Assembly: GCF_006345805.1 (NCBI RefSeq)
Contig: NC_042997.1
Location: 208,382,001 to 208,446,000 of the forward strand
Direction: 5' to 3'
DNA from: Octopus sinensis
Taxonomy: Eukaryota
Length of the DNA: 64,000 nucleotides
Position numbers and translations under genes: made by a program. Positions 63,356 through 64,000 of this stretch are shown piece after piece. Numbering within the stretch: position 1 is the first letter of the stretch; each line of letters opens with the position of its first letter. The notes below the pieces were generated by a model. The model did not search any database. It saw only the letters and a program-made list of their open reading frames with translations, and was not told where the DNA came from.

Positions 63356-64000
63356 GTGCATATATAATATATATATATACATACATATGTATGTAGCTCG
63401 TAAGCGTTCGTATGATTTTATGCATCCCACACGCAGCAATAACCTGTTATAAAAGGACATAGCTTTACTACCAGACACGATATCATTGCAACAGTTTATA
63501 TTCGTGAGAGCATCGTGGGCCGATATTTACGCTTCTGACAGTAATTAGCCTCTTCTCATTCTGACATGTCAGCTAATTTTTGGTAGATATTCCAATATAT
63601 CAGTCTGTTATTCTATAGACATTAGTGTTGGGTTTTAACGCCATAAAACACTGGATTCTGTTCGGCATAAACATGGTTGTCTTGTTGAAAGTTTGATCGG
63701 CATTTATGGAAGCCATTAACTTCTGACTGAACTTTCATAAATACAGACACACGCTTACGCACACATTACACCACACGCAAAGAAACACGAACACTCACAT
63801 ACAAACATACATACACACTCACGTACGCCCACATATGCACACGCATAGAGAGACAAATATTCTCATGCATTCATACGCAAATACGCACAGCAGAACATAC
63901 ACACACACATGCACACACTTTCTTGTATATTTAAACGTGTATATATATATTCGTGTATGTTTATACAGACACACATACAGACACATTGATATATTTTTGT

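Overview
A repeat-saturated eukaryotic window, AT-rich and dense in microsatellites. It is most likely octopus/cephalopod intronic or intergenic DNA, inferred from my recall of its SINE families. I can support no intact host gene: nearly every ORF in the track is a translated microsatellite, and the rest are decayed transposon fragments. Mobile elements seen: a frameshifted Penelope-like (PLE) reverse transcriptase, R4/Dong-like RLE LINEs, RTE and CR1 LINEs, Tc1/mariner derivatives, two non-autonomous Helitrons, a long-TIR element with an 8-bp TSD, and three tRNA-derived SINE families. There is also a 3.2-kb satellite with a 756-bp higher-order repeat. The main hidden signal is RNA-level: at least 12 minimal type I hammerhead ribozyme (HHR) motifs from six unrelated non-coding families, all with a palindromic or near-palindromic helix III. 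Eight of them lie one per unit in two near-identical tandem arrays (~396 bp x6.2 and ~362 bp x2.5), the architecture of retrozyme/PLE-pLTR circular-RNA elements. One family has a U3-A8 core and two have an A.A at the base of stem II. All folds were read by eye and none has been tested.
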